This document shows, piece by piece, positions 29,590-39,996 of a DNA stretch of 64,000 nt; the first letter of the stretch is position 1; each line of letters starts with the position of its first letter. The stretch is from a virus: positions 64,001 to 128,000 of IMG/VR virus record IMGVR_UViG_3300037424_001177; one strand, written 5' to 3'. A program made the position numbers and the translations under genes. Below the pieces are notes generated by a model. It did not search any database. It worked only from the letters and a program-made list of their open reading frames with translations, and was not told the DNA's origin.

Positions 29590-29925
29590 ATGTACAAGCT
29601 CCCACTGGCAGTTCTCCTTTTCGTTGTCGGGTGTATCCCGTCGCAAGACATCGAGACGCCAAGACCGCAGCCACCCGACAACGAGCCGGGGCAGTGCGAA
29701 ATCATGTGCGAGCACTTGGTGTCGCTAGGTTGTGAAGAGGGGAAGCCTGTTTACAACAACGATCTGCCGGGACCTGCGGACGTACCGAACCAAAGTTGCC
29801 CAGACTTTTGCGAGGACTTGCAAGGCAAAGGTGTGCCTGTGAATCCGCAGTGTGTGGCGTTGATCGAGATTTGCGATCAAGTCGAAGAATACCGCACCAG
29901 AGACTCCGCTTCTTGTGTCAGGTGA
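29590..29925 (+). CDS. Small Cys-rich lipoprotein
   Basis: GAGG RBS; signal peptide with lipobox VVGC; eight further cysteines. Confidence 0.75.
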   Translation: MYKLPLAVLLFVVGCIPSQDIETPRPQPPDNEPGQCEIMCEHLVSLGCEEGKPVYNNDLPGPADVPNQSCPDFCEDLQGKGVPVNPQCVALIEICDQVEEYRTRDSASCVR

Positions 29926-29940
29926 TCTTGGAGGTTTCTT

Positions 29941-30171
29941 GTGGCGGACATTGACGGAGAACTCATTTCGTTCGGAGCAGGTGGTTTGGCACCACCGGGC
30001 ACGTTTCTGTACAAGATGAGGGCTATTGATCTGAACTGTGGGTCACTGACTTACAGAACTTGGCTCGCGCTTGATGAGCCTGATTTTACCGCAAGTCAGT
30101 TCAGCGGAACGCACTGCGGCGGGACGATCAACTTCTCCGACATCACTTTGTTGGCGGTCATTAGCGTATAA
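29941..30171 (+). CDS. Hypothetical protein
   Basis: GGAGG RBS; TAATG overlap with next gene. Confidence 0.6.
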   Translation: MADIDGELISFGAGGLAPPGTFLYKMRAIDLNCGSLTYRTWLALDEPDFTASQFSGTHCGGTINFSDITLLAVISV

Positions 30172-32612
30172 TGGCTGGGTACGGCGGCATAGGCTGGGGA
30201 GGCGGTGCTTGGGGGGACTCGGGCGCTGGGGAAGTCGCTGAGCTGTTCGACATCGAGATCGATGAAACGATCTCGATCACAGAAACAATCGAAGGGATTG
30301 TCCCACTTCGCGTAGTTTCTGCTGCGTCCTCTGCGTCGACGCTGGTCGTTATCGAGTTCTCCAGACCGCTCAACATTGCGTACCCTCCGCTCGTCAATCC
30401 GGCGAACTACACGATCCCTGGATTGTCAGTCACAGGGGCGGTTGTACTTGATTCGACGCATGTCCGACTCAACACATCGTTTCAGCTGGCGATTCTCTAC
30501 GTCGTCACCGTTACCGACGCTCAAACCACAACCGGCGTTGATTTAGGAACGGATGATTTTGCGTCGTTTGTCGGATTCTCAATTGGAACGACGACCTTTT
30601 TTGTCGGGGCTCAGGCTCTGTCGAAAATTGAGTTCGTGTTTTCGAACCCGATGTTGGTGAACGCAGCATTCACCAACACAGGAAACTACACGATACGGAC
30701 CACGACTGGTGGAGCTGTAATCCCGGTTTTGACCGCGACTGTTTCAGGTCCTCTGCCGATCCAACGACTCACACTCACTCTTGGCGCTGAGCTGAACTCC
30801 AAAGAGTACTACGCAGCGATCATCAGTACTGTCGTCAAAGATGTTCTGAATCAAGCTGTCGTCAACGATACCGACATTTTTCAGTGGGCAGATGCGACCG
30901 AGGCTATTGCAGTCTCTCCGCTTGAGATCCCCATCGAAAACTTTTCTGGTGAGGTCACAGGCGGGATCTTGGGTGATCCTGCTGGGCTTGTTTTCTTCTC
31001 GCCGGCTCTTGAGGCAGTTTCGAATCCGTCATTCATTGACGTGGAGGACGTATCTGTCTGCACTCGTGCTTACGACGAGTATCACTTTCCTGATCCCCCA
31101 GATCCGGAACCGTTGTTCACGTGGCGTCCTGGGATCACAAGTGTCATTGGCACTTCCGTTGTCTGGGCGCCGTTTGATCGGTTAGGTCAAGCTCGCATAG
31201 AGCTGCACCCACAGCACGCGAACGACGCGTTGCCTCCGATCTATGATTTTGCGATCTCCGACTTTGGTTCGATGATCACCGATACGCCGGTCGACGCGAT
31301 ACTTGGAGAACCGATCGATGTTTCACGTGGAGGGTTTCTCAACGATCCTCGTTTCGTGACATTTGGCTCCCAGAACGTCGCACAAGTGTCTGGCACGAAC
31401 GTCACCGTCGACAACACGCTGCTGGCTCTCGACGCGGTCACTGTCGAGCGTATTACTCCGAGCTTCACGACTGTGTGGGCAGGAGCACTGCCTCAATCGT
31501 TTCGAGCCCTCGACAATCTAACGCCAGTTGGTCCTGGACCGACGGTAACGCAACGGCTCTACTGGCCGGACATTCGTCATTTGTACGACGATGTAGCAGT
31601 CGACGATCAAGTGGTCATCAACATCTTGGAATCCTTTGCACAAGATACGATTTCGATGGTCGACCAGACGACAGTCCTCTCTTCGGGCGCAATTGTCGTT
31701 GAAGTAGAAGACGTCGTCAGCATTGTAGATAGTGTCGTCGCAGGGTTGACTTTGTTGGTTAGTGTCTCCGACACATTGTCCGTAACAGACACAGTCGCCG
31801 CTGGCCGGGAGATTGGGGCCACACTCACGGACACGATTGCGCTCACAGACACCGTGATCAGGGGCTTCGAGTACGACAGATCCAACAATGACACAGCAGT
31901 GGTTGTGGACTTTACGTGGACGCAGGCACCTGTTCAGTTGCACGACACAACGTTCAGTCCAGTCGGGTTGTGGCAGTTCCAGAATGACCTCACTGACAGT
32001 AGCGGCAACGGTTTCAGCCTAACTGTCGAGACCGGTAGCGAGCGTTACACAGATATCTTCCCAGGGGTCCGCGGTTTCAAATTCGATGACTTGACGGGTC
32101 TAATTTACAACGTCGCGGAAGCAACGCTTGCGATCACAGGGGATCTCACGATTGAGATGTTGTTGAATCTACAGGCTTACACGAGTCTTCGGAATTTGGT
32201 GAGCCACGCAGGTACTTTCGGTAGCGGGGCATCAGCTGACAATGCTTTCTACTGCATGCAGGTTTTGGACGCGACAGGAGAGTTTGGATACCTCCAAGAG
32301 TCTGGGTCAGGGGCAGACTCCGCCGTCACGTACAGTACGGATCGTCCGCCTTTGAACAATCTGTGTCATCTGGCGTTAACTAGAATATCCCAGGTCATAC
32401 GCCTCTACATTGACGGAGTTTTGATCGCTACGTCTGGGACGTTGACGACACCGGATGGTGGAACGAGTGGGCGTTTCCGTGTGGGTGTCTCGACGCAACG
32501 AGCCCCTGATTGCGATGTCGCGTCCTTAAAGGTGATCGCGTCCGGGTTGTCAGGACCGGACATCGTGTCCGAGTACAACAGAACACTTGGTCGATTCTAC
32601 GGAGAGATTTGA
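30171..32612 (+). CDS. Virion protein with Ig-like domains, D-x5-D repeats and C-terminal LamG domain
   Basis: GYGG.GWGGGAWG N-terminus; PVGLWQF.NDL.DSSGNG...LTIE...SGRFRVG. Confidence 0.8.
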   Translation: MAGYGGIGWGGGAWGDSGAGEVAELFDIEIDETISITETIEGIVPLRVVSAASSASTLVVIEFSRPLNIAYPPLVNPANYTIPGLSVTGAVVLDSTHVRLNTSFQLAILYVVTVTDAQTTTGVDLGTDDFASFVGFSIGTTTFFVGAQALSKIEFVFSNPMLVNAAFTNTGNYTIRTTTGGAVIPVLTATVSGPLPIQRLTLTLGAELNSKEYYAAIISTVVKDVLNQAVVNDTDIFQWADATEAIAVSPLEIPIENFSGEVTGGILGDPAGLVFFSPALEAVSNPSFIDVEDVSVCTRAYDEYHFPDPPDPEPLFTWRPGITSVIGTSVVWAPFDRLGQARIELHPQHANDALPPIYDFAISDFGSMITDTPVDAILGEPIDVSRGGFLNDPRFVTFGSQNVAQVSGTNVTVDNTLLALDAVTVERITPSFTTVWAGALPQSFRALDNLTPVGPGPTVTQRLYWPDIRHLYDDVAVDDQVVINILESFAQDTISMVDQTTVLSSGAIVVEVEDVVSIVDSVVAGLTLLVSVSDTLSVTDTVAAGREIGATLTDTIALTDTVIRGFEYDRSNNDTAVVVDFTWTQAPVQLHDTTFSPVGLWQFQNDLTDSSGNGFSLTVETGSERYTDIFPGVRGFKFDDLTGLIYNVAEATLAITGDLTIEMLLNLQAYTSLRNLVSHAGTFGSGASADNAFYCMQVLDATGEFGYLQESGSGADSAVTYSTDRPPLNNLCHLALTRISQVIRLYIDGVLIATSGTLTTPDGGTSGRFRVGVSTQRAPDCDVASLKVIASGLSGPDIVSEYNRTLGRFYGEI

Positions 32613-33311
32613 GTGGCCGGCGCAGTCAATCTACACACAACGCTCCACAGTCCTGCGGGCCTGTGGCAGTTGCAAAACGATCTCCTCGACAGCTCAGGTA
32701 ATGGGCTGACTTTGACAGCCATTGCAGGCACGGCGCGTTACACAGACATTTTCCCAGGAGTTCGTTGCTTGTTTTTGGATGCCTTAACGACTTTTGGGCG
32801 AAGTGCTTTCACAGCGTCCTTGAATATCTTGGGGGATCTGACGATTGAGTGCCTGCTCTACGTTATCACGAACAATGTGACTACTGGCGTTGTGTCACAC
32901 GGCGCTTCTGGAGAGACGGAAGCGACGAACTATTCTTATGCAACGCAGTTCACCACAACTACCTTCCAGTACCTTCACGAGTTCAGTGCAGGGACCAACC
33001 AAACATTGGTCACCACAAATTTACCGCCCCGCAGACTCTCTCATCTGGCTCTTGTCAGAGCGTCCAACGTTGTTCAGTTTTACTTAAACGGCCGTACATT
33101 TGGAGCTGCGTCTGGCACTCTTACAGCACCAACGGGCAGTACGAGCGGTCGATTTCGAATTGGGGCTTCCGAGGGTTTAGGCACTCCTGGCGGTACAGGA
33201 GTGCCTAACATGATTTCATCCGTCAAGGTGATTGCAAGCGCTCTTACTGAGGCACAGATCAAGGCTGAATACAACCTGACATTGGGATCTTTTTTTGGGT
33301 TCGTAAACTGA
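32613..33311 (+). CDS. Stand-alone LamG-like domain protein
   Basis: Paralog of the C-terminal domain of 30171..32612. Confidence 0.8.
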   Translation: MAGAVNLHTTLHSPAGLWQLQNDLLDSSGNGLTLTAIAGTARYTDIFPGVRCLFLDALTTFGRSAFTASLNILGDLTIECLLYVITNNVTTGVVSHGASGETEATNYSYATQFTTTTFQYLHEFSAGTNQTLVTTNLPPRRLSHLALVRASNVVQFYLNGRTFGAASGTLTAPTGSTSGRFRIGASEGLGTPGGTGVPNMISSVKVIASALTEAQIKAEYNLTLGSFFGFVN

Positions 33312-33323
33312 TTCGGTGGTCAT

Positions 33324-34007
33324 GTGGCGTTGATACAGAGACACGGCTTACACCACAACCCCGTTGGGTTGTGGCAGTTCGACGGGGACTTGAATGACAG
33401 TTCTGGAAATGGTTTTACGCTAACTGTTGAGTTTGGAGCAGTTCGTTACACCAATATCTTCCCTGGGATTCGGGCTCTTCTGATTATCAATCCTCTTGGA
33501 TTGATTTACAACGTTGCTGAACCTGTGTTGCGGATTACAGGCAATCTTACGATCGAGATGTTGTTGCAACTGGCACCTGCGTATGAAACTGCAAAAGTGA
33601 TTTGCTCACATGGCGCGGCTGGTGAGACCGCTGAGACGAACTTTGCTTACCAAATCGACATGATGGCGGTGACGACGGCTAATATGGGTCTTTTCAGTGA
33701 GTCTGGGGCCGGTGTGAATGCCCTTTATGCGATCACGCCACGGCCGCCTTTGGCGCTTTGCCATTTAGCCGTGACCAGGATCTCCAATGTTGTTCAGTTT
33801 TACTTGAACGGAAGAACATTGGGGGCTGCTTCGGGCACGCTTACCACTCCGACTGATAGTACCAGCGGTAGGTTCAGAGTCGGTACTACGTCGTCAGGAT
33901 TCGCTCCTTCGAGCGTATTGTCTTCACTGAAAATCTTGAGTGCTGGGTTGACTTCTGCGCAAATTCTTGACGAGTTCAACCGCACTTTGGGGACCTTCAG
34001 CCCATGA
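33324..34007 (+). CDS. Stand-alone LamG-like domain protein
   Basis: Third tandem paralog (NVVQFYLNGRT.GAASGTLT.PT.STSGRFR.G). Confidence 0.8.
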   Translation: MALIQRHGLHHNPVGLWQFDGDLNDSSGNGFTLTVEFGAVRYTNIFPGIRALLIINPLGLIYNVAEPVLRITGNLTIEMLLQLAPAYETAKVICSHGAAGETAETNFAYQIDMMAVTTANMGLFSESGAGVNALYAITPRPPLALCHLAVTRISNVVQFYLNGRTLGAASGTLTTPTDSTSGRFRVGTTSSGFAPSSVLSSLKILSAGLTSAQILDEFNRTLGTFSP

Positions 34008-34057
34008 AGGGTGGTGTCTTGTTGCTTGAGACCAATTAAGCCTCTTATGCCCGACGC

Positions 34058-34717
34058 TTGCCAGAAGGTGAGGACGATTTGAAAGGCTCGGAAAGTCTTA
34101 GGGAACCGACGGAGCAAGTAGGGTTCTCGTTCGCGGTTCGAGCTGCGGATCAGGGTCCTCACATTCGTGGGGAAGTCTTTCTCTGTTTGCGTGACGGAGA
34201 GACTGGGGAGATCCAGGAGGAACGCCACCTCGAAAACTTGGTTGTTCTGGACGCGTCGATTTTGCTAGCCCGTTTGGCCCGCGACAACCAAGAACCACCG
34301 CATGGCATTTTCGCTTTAGCCATCGGTACTGGAGACACAGGTTGGGACCCAATGTCTCCGCCAGCACCGACCAATACGCAACGGGCTCTCTACGGTGAGA
34401 TCACACGCAAGACCTTTGCGTCTGTCCAGTTCGTCGACGGGTCGGGTGCGCCTGTTGCTTACCCGACGCGAGTCGTGGACTTCAACACGATCTACACGGA
34501 GTCCGAAGCCGTGGGACCCTTGGTCGAGATGGGGCTTATCGGAGGAAACATCTCGTCCAACATGTCCATACGGAACCCTGTGACACCTCCCAACGGCCCC
34601 TACGATCCGACGGTGGACCTCACAGCGTTCGAGACTTTATTCAATTTCCTCACGTTCGCAGTTGTGAACAAGCCCCCTACGTCAACGCTAGCGATCACGT
34701 GGCGCCTTTCATTCTGA
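34058..34717 (+). CDS. Baseplate/tail-collar-like protein
   Basis: NLVV...LAIGTG...LYGEITRK...LVEMGL...VVNK...ITWRLSF; start uncertain. Confidence 0.7.
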   Translation: MPEGEDDLKGSESLREPTEQVGFSFAVRAADQGPHIRGEVFLCLRDGETGEIQEERHLENLVVLDASILLARLARDNQEPPHGIFALAIGTGDTGWDPMSPPAPTNTQRALYGEITRKTFASVQFVDGSGAPVAYPTRVVDFNTIYTESEAVGPLVEMGLIGGNISSNMSIRNPVTPPNGPYDPTVDLTAFETLFNFLTFAVVNKPPTSTLAITWRLSF

Positions 34718-34729
34718 GTTTATACTTGC

Positions 34730-37357
34730 ATGGCAATCAAGGACTATGGGCCGGCCACGTCCGGGTATTTGGACCCTGCGGATCGTGCTTGGGAAACAGT
34801 CGTAATTCAGGCTGGAAAACCGATCCTTGATAAGGAACTCAACCTTGTACAAGATGTTGAGCAAGAAGCGGAGCTAGTCACCCGTCGCCGCTCCTTTCCT
34901 TCAGGGTGGATGTCGGACCAGTTTCTCAATGTAACTCAATCCGGTCTCTTGAACGCGCTCGTTACGACAGCCAACACGATCCAGCTCGCGACACAGCGTG
35001 CGCACGTCAATGGCTGGCTTGTCCACGTTGCCGATACAGGCGATGCGACAGAGTTGAACGTTTTGAGTCTTGGTGCAGGACCTGTCGGTGCTGGGACCAA
35101 ACGGACTGACCTCATCATTCTGGAGGTCTGGCGTCGTCTTATTCCTGCTGCTCCTACAGCGACCGGGAAGAGTCCAGCAGCGAGGATCTGGCGCTACGGA
35201 AACGTCAAGATCCCGTCGGCTAGCGACTTGGCGCTGAACTTCGCTGACGACATCTTGGACGGAGCTGTAGGGTCTGAAACCACGAAGCGCGTTCAGATCC
35301 AGTATCGACTCCGCGTCATCAGTGCAGTCGATCTGTTCACCTTTCCTAACGGTATCGACGATCCGACTGTCGTGGCTAACACTGTGCCGGCCACGGCTGC
35401 GGCTCCTGACGGAACGGCTACGATCTACACGTATACGAATCAGTCTTCGCTGGGCGACCCTGGTCTTTGGCGAACCGGCAATGGAGACCCAACCAACACA
35501 CTAGGCACGGTCGACGGTTACATGTACGCGTTGCCTTTGTGCGCTGTGTTTCGACGCAACACGACGGCTTTTGCAAGAAACACAAACCACAACGGCGGTG
35601 TAGCGTTTCCTGGTCCTTCGGACCGTCCGGACAGTTTGTTCAGCGACAACATCGTTGCCAGGGACATTCTCGACTTGCGGTTTGGTACGTCGCCAACTGG
35701 TTGGGATCTGCAAGAGGTAGCGCAACGTAACTTGCACCTCTTGCTCGACAACCAAATCCAAACTGAGATTGGTGCAACGTTGTTGGGTGGGGGTCTTCAC
35801 GGGCACACTGTCATGTGGGCCGATGAAATCGGAGTGTCGAACGCGAACGGCGGTGACGGAACGACGACGGGTGACACCCCGGGCGCAGAATTCATTGGCG
35901 AGTTTGACGCCGTACGCCGAACATTTTCGGACCGCACGATCTACGAAACGATCGTTTTGAGGTTTACGCCGGCAGACGGCTCGGGCGGTGGCCCTAGCTG
36001 GGCGGACGGAGACACCATCACTATCTCGCCGTCTGCGCTGCCCATTTGGCCATACACAGCATTCAACTGGACAGCTTTTGCCCCATCCACGATTTCGTTC
36101 GTAGACATCGTCCGTGTTGCGTACCTTGGTGAATCATTGGGACAGAATTCCGTCAATGTTACGACGGACACAACGTCGCCTCGTTGGAGCATTGAGGGCC
36201 TCGGTAGTGTTCCACAGGGCGCTCTGACGTTTCGGATTCACACAACGATCGGTGGGGCATCACCCATCTACATTTCGGTTCTCATCGCGTATCCGTCCGG
36301 AGCCGGCCTTTTTCGTACACCAACAGCTATTTTTGCAAACAATGCTGTTCTTCCAACTTTGCAAGGTGTGTTCATCAACAACCCTGCACAACTTCCAGCT
36401 GGATCTCCGATTCTTTACAGTGCTCTCCAGATCCCGACTTTCAACACACCGAACCGTGAAGTGTCGTTGTCCTATACGACTGTTTCGCATTCTAGGACGT
36501 TCTTCTCGACTTCAACCACGACAACGATCGCCCTGCCTGAGCGTGCAATCACAGGCACGGTTTCCATCTCACAAGCTCCGGGCGGTCCTTACGGTGGTTC
36601 CATCACGGTCTCGAGTGATGGGTACCTTCTGACATTGAGCCCTGCGGTTGGCGGGGGTGGCGTCACTGTCACCGTCACCTACCAGTCGATCCGTCCATTG
36701 CCGCAGAATGACGAGCAGCTGACCGTCTACTACGAGGCGCGTTTGCCGCAAACAGTACGCGAAGCTCTGCTCGGTACGAGTTTGAGTTTGATCCCTCGAC
36801 TGGTCACACAAGATGTCTACGCGTTGACTGCGGGGAGTGGTAGTGATGGCCAAGGTTACCCGTTTCCGTCTGCGTACGTCCAATCAGGGGGCGTTTACCC
36901 GACATCCGGCGGCACGTTTACAGGGGATCACGAACTTGACGGCGCTCTGCGTGTATCCGTAACCACGTTGTTTGCGGATACGGGTTTTCTACGTCTCCCT
37001 GCACACGTGCCCGTTGTTCCCTTGCCTGACGACTTTGTGTTCAGCCGCGTCCCAGGGGATGTCGACGCAGAAGGACGTACCTTTTTCAAGGCTTTGACTA
37101 GCGCGTATAAGCCGTTGGGCGTCGCGCAGCCACTGAGCGACCCGAAGCGTCACAAGAACTTTTTGCCAATCCTTTGTGAGTTGTCCGTCGACACTCCGTT
37201 TGGGTTCAAGGGCGAACTTGTGCTGCTCTTGCTTACGAGATGGGCTTCTTTCGATGACGAAAACACGATCGCTTTCATGTCGAGTCTTGTATCGAACCGT
37301 TCGAGCGCCAGCGTGTACAAGCTCAAGGGACAACTGCTAGGCAATCGTAGGAGCTAG
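34730..37357 (+). CDS. Large baseplate/tail protein (paralog of 39997..44052)
   Basis: Shared Q.GKP.LD.E.N, VNGWL, D...LEVW, RYGNV, ETT.RVQ.QYR.RV, GLWR.G.G, LG.VDGY.YA.P...VFRRN, RPD.LF.D.I...DILDLR. Confidence 0.75.
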   Translation: MAIKDYGPATSGYLDPADRAWETVVIQAGKPILDKELNLVQDVEQEAELVTRRRSFPSGWMSDQFLNVTQSGLLNALVTTANTIQLATQRAHVNGWLVHVADTGDATELNVLSLGAGPVGAGTKRTDLIILEVWRRLIPAAPTATGKSPAARIWRYGNVKIPSASDLALNFADDILDGAVGSETTKRVQIQYRLRVISAVDLFTFPNGIDDPTVVANTVPATAAAPDGTATIYTYTNQSSLGDPGLWRTGNGDPTNTLGTVDGYMYALPLCAVFRRNTTAFARNTNHNGGVAFPGPSDRPDSLFSDNIVARDILDLRFGTSPTGWDLQEVAQRNLHLLLDNQIQTEIGATLLGGGLHGHTVMWADEIGVSNANGGDGTTTGDTPGAEFIGEFDAVRRTFSDRTIYETIVLRFTPADGSGGGPSWADGDTITISPSALPIWPYTAFNWTAFAPSTISFVDIVRVAYLGESLGQNSVNVTTDTTSPRWSIEGLGSVPQGALTFRIHTTIGGASPIYISVLIAYPSGAGLFRTPTAIFANNAVLPTLQGVFINNPAQLPAGSPILYSALQIPTFNTPNREVSLSYTTVSHSRTFFSTSTTTTIALPERAITGTVSISQAPGGPYGGSITVSSDGYLLTLSPAVGGGGVTVTVTYQSIRPLPQNDEQLTVYYEARLPQTVREALLGTSLSLIPRLVTQDVYALTAGSGSDGQGYPFPSAYVQSGGVYPTSGGTFTGDHELDGALRVSVTTLFADTGFLRLPAHVPVVPLPDDFVFSRVPGDVDAEGRTFFKALTSAYKPLGVAQPLSDPKRHKNFLPILCELSVDTPFGFKGELVLLLLTRWASFDDENTIAFMSSLVSNRSSASVYKLKGQLLGNRRS

Positions 37358-37359
37358 AG

Positions 37360-39141
37360 ATGCCGAGTACCGCTGACCCTAGTACTATTACGACCGGCCC
37401 TGGAAAGCTTCACAACGATGTTGTGAACGCTGCGGCGGACTTGTACGCACAGACCAGCTCGGCTGTTCTAGGTGTATTGGTAGGCGTCCTCAATCAACCG
37501 TTGGCGGCCCCTAGTGTAACGGCCTCGTTTGCTTCAGGTTCTTCAGCTGACGCAACGCTGCTGTTGGTCAACACAACTTACGGGCCTTTCTACGTTGGGG
37601 ATTCCGGTGGAGACCAATTGCAGGACCTGTTTCGTGTTGTCAATGCCGCTGACGACACAGAAATTTTTGATCCGGTCAGTCGAACTTACGTTGCAGTTAC
37701 TGCCATTTCTCCAGCAGCAATTGGTGCGGGGTTCTTTGCAGCGAACTTGACGCTGACATTCACGCCCTCAATCCCACAGAACGTCACTTACAAGGTCTAC
37801 TACGGAAAGCAAGCTTTGGTCGGTAGTTTGCCGATCGAGTTGGCAAGTCACCCAACGATACGTCGTTCGCCCGACCGTGTACGTTTTCCTGAGTACCTGC
37901 GTAGTGGTATTGCACCGACGGTCATCGTCAATACAGCAACAGATCTGGGTCTTTATTTAGACCCCTACAAATCACACTGGCGTGCCCATCTACGAGGCGC
38001 GACTGTGCACCCCACGACCGGCGCGTCCAGTGGCTCTACCGGATACGTCTACGTTGGACGAAAAAAGAACGTTGCTGACGCCAACGACCGAGGACTTGTC
38101 GGTCACCAAGCGGCCGGATTCCTAGCCGTCTACGAAAAAGACATCGCATCAGGAACTCTTGGCGGTGCAACTGCGTGGACTAGGGTCAATGCTTCTTCAG
38201 TTGGGACGGTTTCGGCAACTGATGAATTGGAGCTGGCGGCCTCAGACTACTGGTACCTTTCAGGACCGTTCCGCACGGCGGTCAGAGTGGGTGTTGATCT
38301 CGCTGAAATCACGTACACGACGGGCACCAAGATCGGAACAAGGGAAGTCTACATCATACGTTCCCTTGACCCCCTGAACTCGAGACAATGCTCCGTGAAT
38401 GTGTTGGGCGGGGAGTCTTCAGGCTCTGCTGTGCTTCCGGATGTTGGGGAGTCCGTGAACATTCGTTGGATTCGCACAGGGTTCTTTGCTGGGGGTGACA
38501 CGGATCAATTTGGGGACGCAGAAAATCGACTAAATGGTTTCGGGCATTTGGTGCCAGGCGCCATAACCGCGACGCCGACTTCCGAGATTGCCCAAACCCC
38601 ACCGTTCTGGTCAGCTGGAACGCTTGACACAGCTCGTGGGGGGACAAGCGATTGGAACTTGCGTGCTTTGGAGTGGGGCGCGTACACTGAGCAAGGGGCT
38701 GCCGTAACTGATCTCGGACGCAAGACCGTCAAAGGTGAGCTTTGGGGTGACGGATCTATTGAAAGTCGTGGAGGTCGAGTTCGAGGCCTCTTGAGCAGCC
38801 GATCACAATCTACGATTGCCATTGGCTCCACACAGACTCAGACTTTTGACCCGAGAGTCGTCAGCACGATCTATTTCGGGTTCACGGGCGCCAGCAGTTT
38901 TGTGCTGACGGTCGCTCTGGACGGGACGTACACTCCTGAGTTTGGGGACCGCATCACAATCTATGTTGCTTACAACGTCACCGCTGGTAGCTTCGGTGAG
39001 TTGTCGTCTGTTGTTTGGCCCTTAGACTTTCGGTTTTCCGGAACTGACGCCACAACGCCAAGTTCGGCAGGGACGGTGTTGAAGTTCGAGGCTCAGTACA
39101 TACTTGAGTGGTTCTTGACGAGAACTGATTACGGACCGTAA
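37360..39141 (+). CDS. Putative tail fibre/virion protein
   Basis: 593 aa, AGGAG RBS, beta-rich, in tail module. Confidence 0.65.
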   Translation: MPSTADPSTITTGPGKLHNDVVNAAADLYAQTSSAVLGVLVGVLNQPLAAPSVTASFASGSSADATLLLVNTTYGPFYVGDSGGDQLQDLFRVVNAADDTEIFDPVSRTYVAVTAISPAAIGAGFFAANLTLTFTPSIPQNVTYKVYYGKQALVGSLPIELASHPTIRRSPDRVRFPEYLRSGIAPTVIVNTATDLGLYLDPYKSHWRAHLRGATVHPTTGASSGSTGYVYVGRKKNVADANDRGLVGHQAAGFLAVYEKDIASGTLGGATAWTRVNASSVGTVSATDELELAASDYWYLSGPFRTAVRVGVDLAEITYTTGTKIGTREVYIIRSLDPLNSRQCSVNVLGGESSGSAVLPDVGESVNIRWIRTGFFAGGDTDQFGDAENRLNGFGHLVPGAITATPTSEIAQTPPFWSAGTLDTARGGTSDWNLRALEWGAYTEQGAAVTDLGRKTVKGELWGDGSIESRGGRVRGLLSSRSQSTIAIGSTQTQTFDPRVVSTIYFGFTGASSFVLTVALDGTYTPEFGDRITIYVAYNVTAGSFGELSSVVWPLDFRFSGTDATTPSSAGTVLKFEAQYILEWFLTRTDYGP

Positions 39142-39143
39142 CC

Positions 39144-39812
39144 ATGGGAACCATTTATCTCGTTGATGCACATTCCACGGTTCTCGGCACGTCGAGGATT
39201 CGCGATACTGTGAACTTGCAGAGTGGAGCGTTGAATTTGCGGGGCAGCTTTCCTGTCAATGTGCCGTTTGACGTTCCGGTTGATGGCGTGCCTTCAGACC
39301 TTACTGATCTGGTGACCAAGAAATACACAGGTCTCTTGTCGTTGTACCCTGGCTACACGACCATCTTGTACGACGAGCAGATTGACGGCATTGGATGGGA
39401 TGAGGCTACTTCAATCACACTCGGCAATGGTATTGGCGGCTTCTTCATTGGTGAACGACAGACGACAGGGGTTGTGCCTGTTGGTTCAAGCGGGGACGGT
39501 CTTCTTGCCACTGATTTACACGTTCTTACGTCGACCCCGACTTCGTGTATCGTGCGTTACGAAGCTTTCCGTTACGGACTCACGGATCCAATCAGCGGCA
39601 TTGCGGCTCGTACCTACCAAGAGACGATTGATTCAAATTTCCAAGTGTACGTTACGTTCAACAACGACCCAGATCCGTCTGCTTGGTTGTTGGTCACCAA
39701 TGGTGCGATGTTGACCATACCGCTAGTAAATCAAGGAAATCAATTCAGGTTGTCATTGTTCAACGAAACAACTCAGAAGACGTGGTTGGGTTCATGGGCC
39801 TTGATTTACTAA
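39144..39812 (+). CDS. Putative virion protein
   Basis: 222 aa in operon. Confidence 0.65.
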   Translation: MGTIYLVDAHSTVLGTSRIRDTVNLQSGALNLRGSFPVNVPFDVPVDGVPSDLTDLVTKKYTGLLSLYPGYTTILYDEQIDGIGWDEATSITLGNGIGGFFIGERQTTGVVPVGSSGDGLLATDLHVLTSTPTSCIVRYEAFRYGLTDPISGIAARTYQETIDSNFQVYVTFNNDPDPSAWLLVTNGAMLTIPLVNQGNQFRLSLFNETTQKTWLGSWALIY

Positions 39813-39996
39813 CTAAGCCGCCTTACTGGGGGTGGCCACAAAATTGGGCACCGCCTGTGGACAAGCTACACCCTGAGCGTGAAGTGTCTGAGTGGGATCT
39901 TTTCGTGTTGCGCCGTGAGATCCAGGAAATATGTCGCAAGTTTAGAACCCAAAATCAAACCGGTGTTGAGGTTCATCGTATCGTGGAGATTGATCA

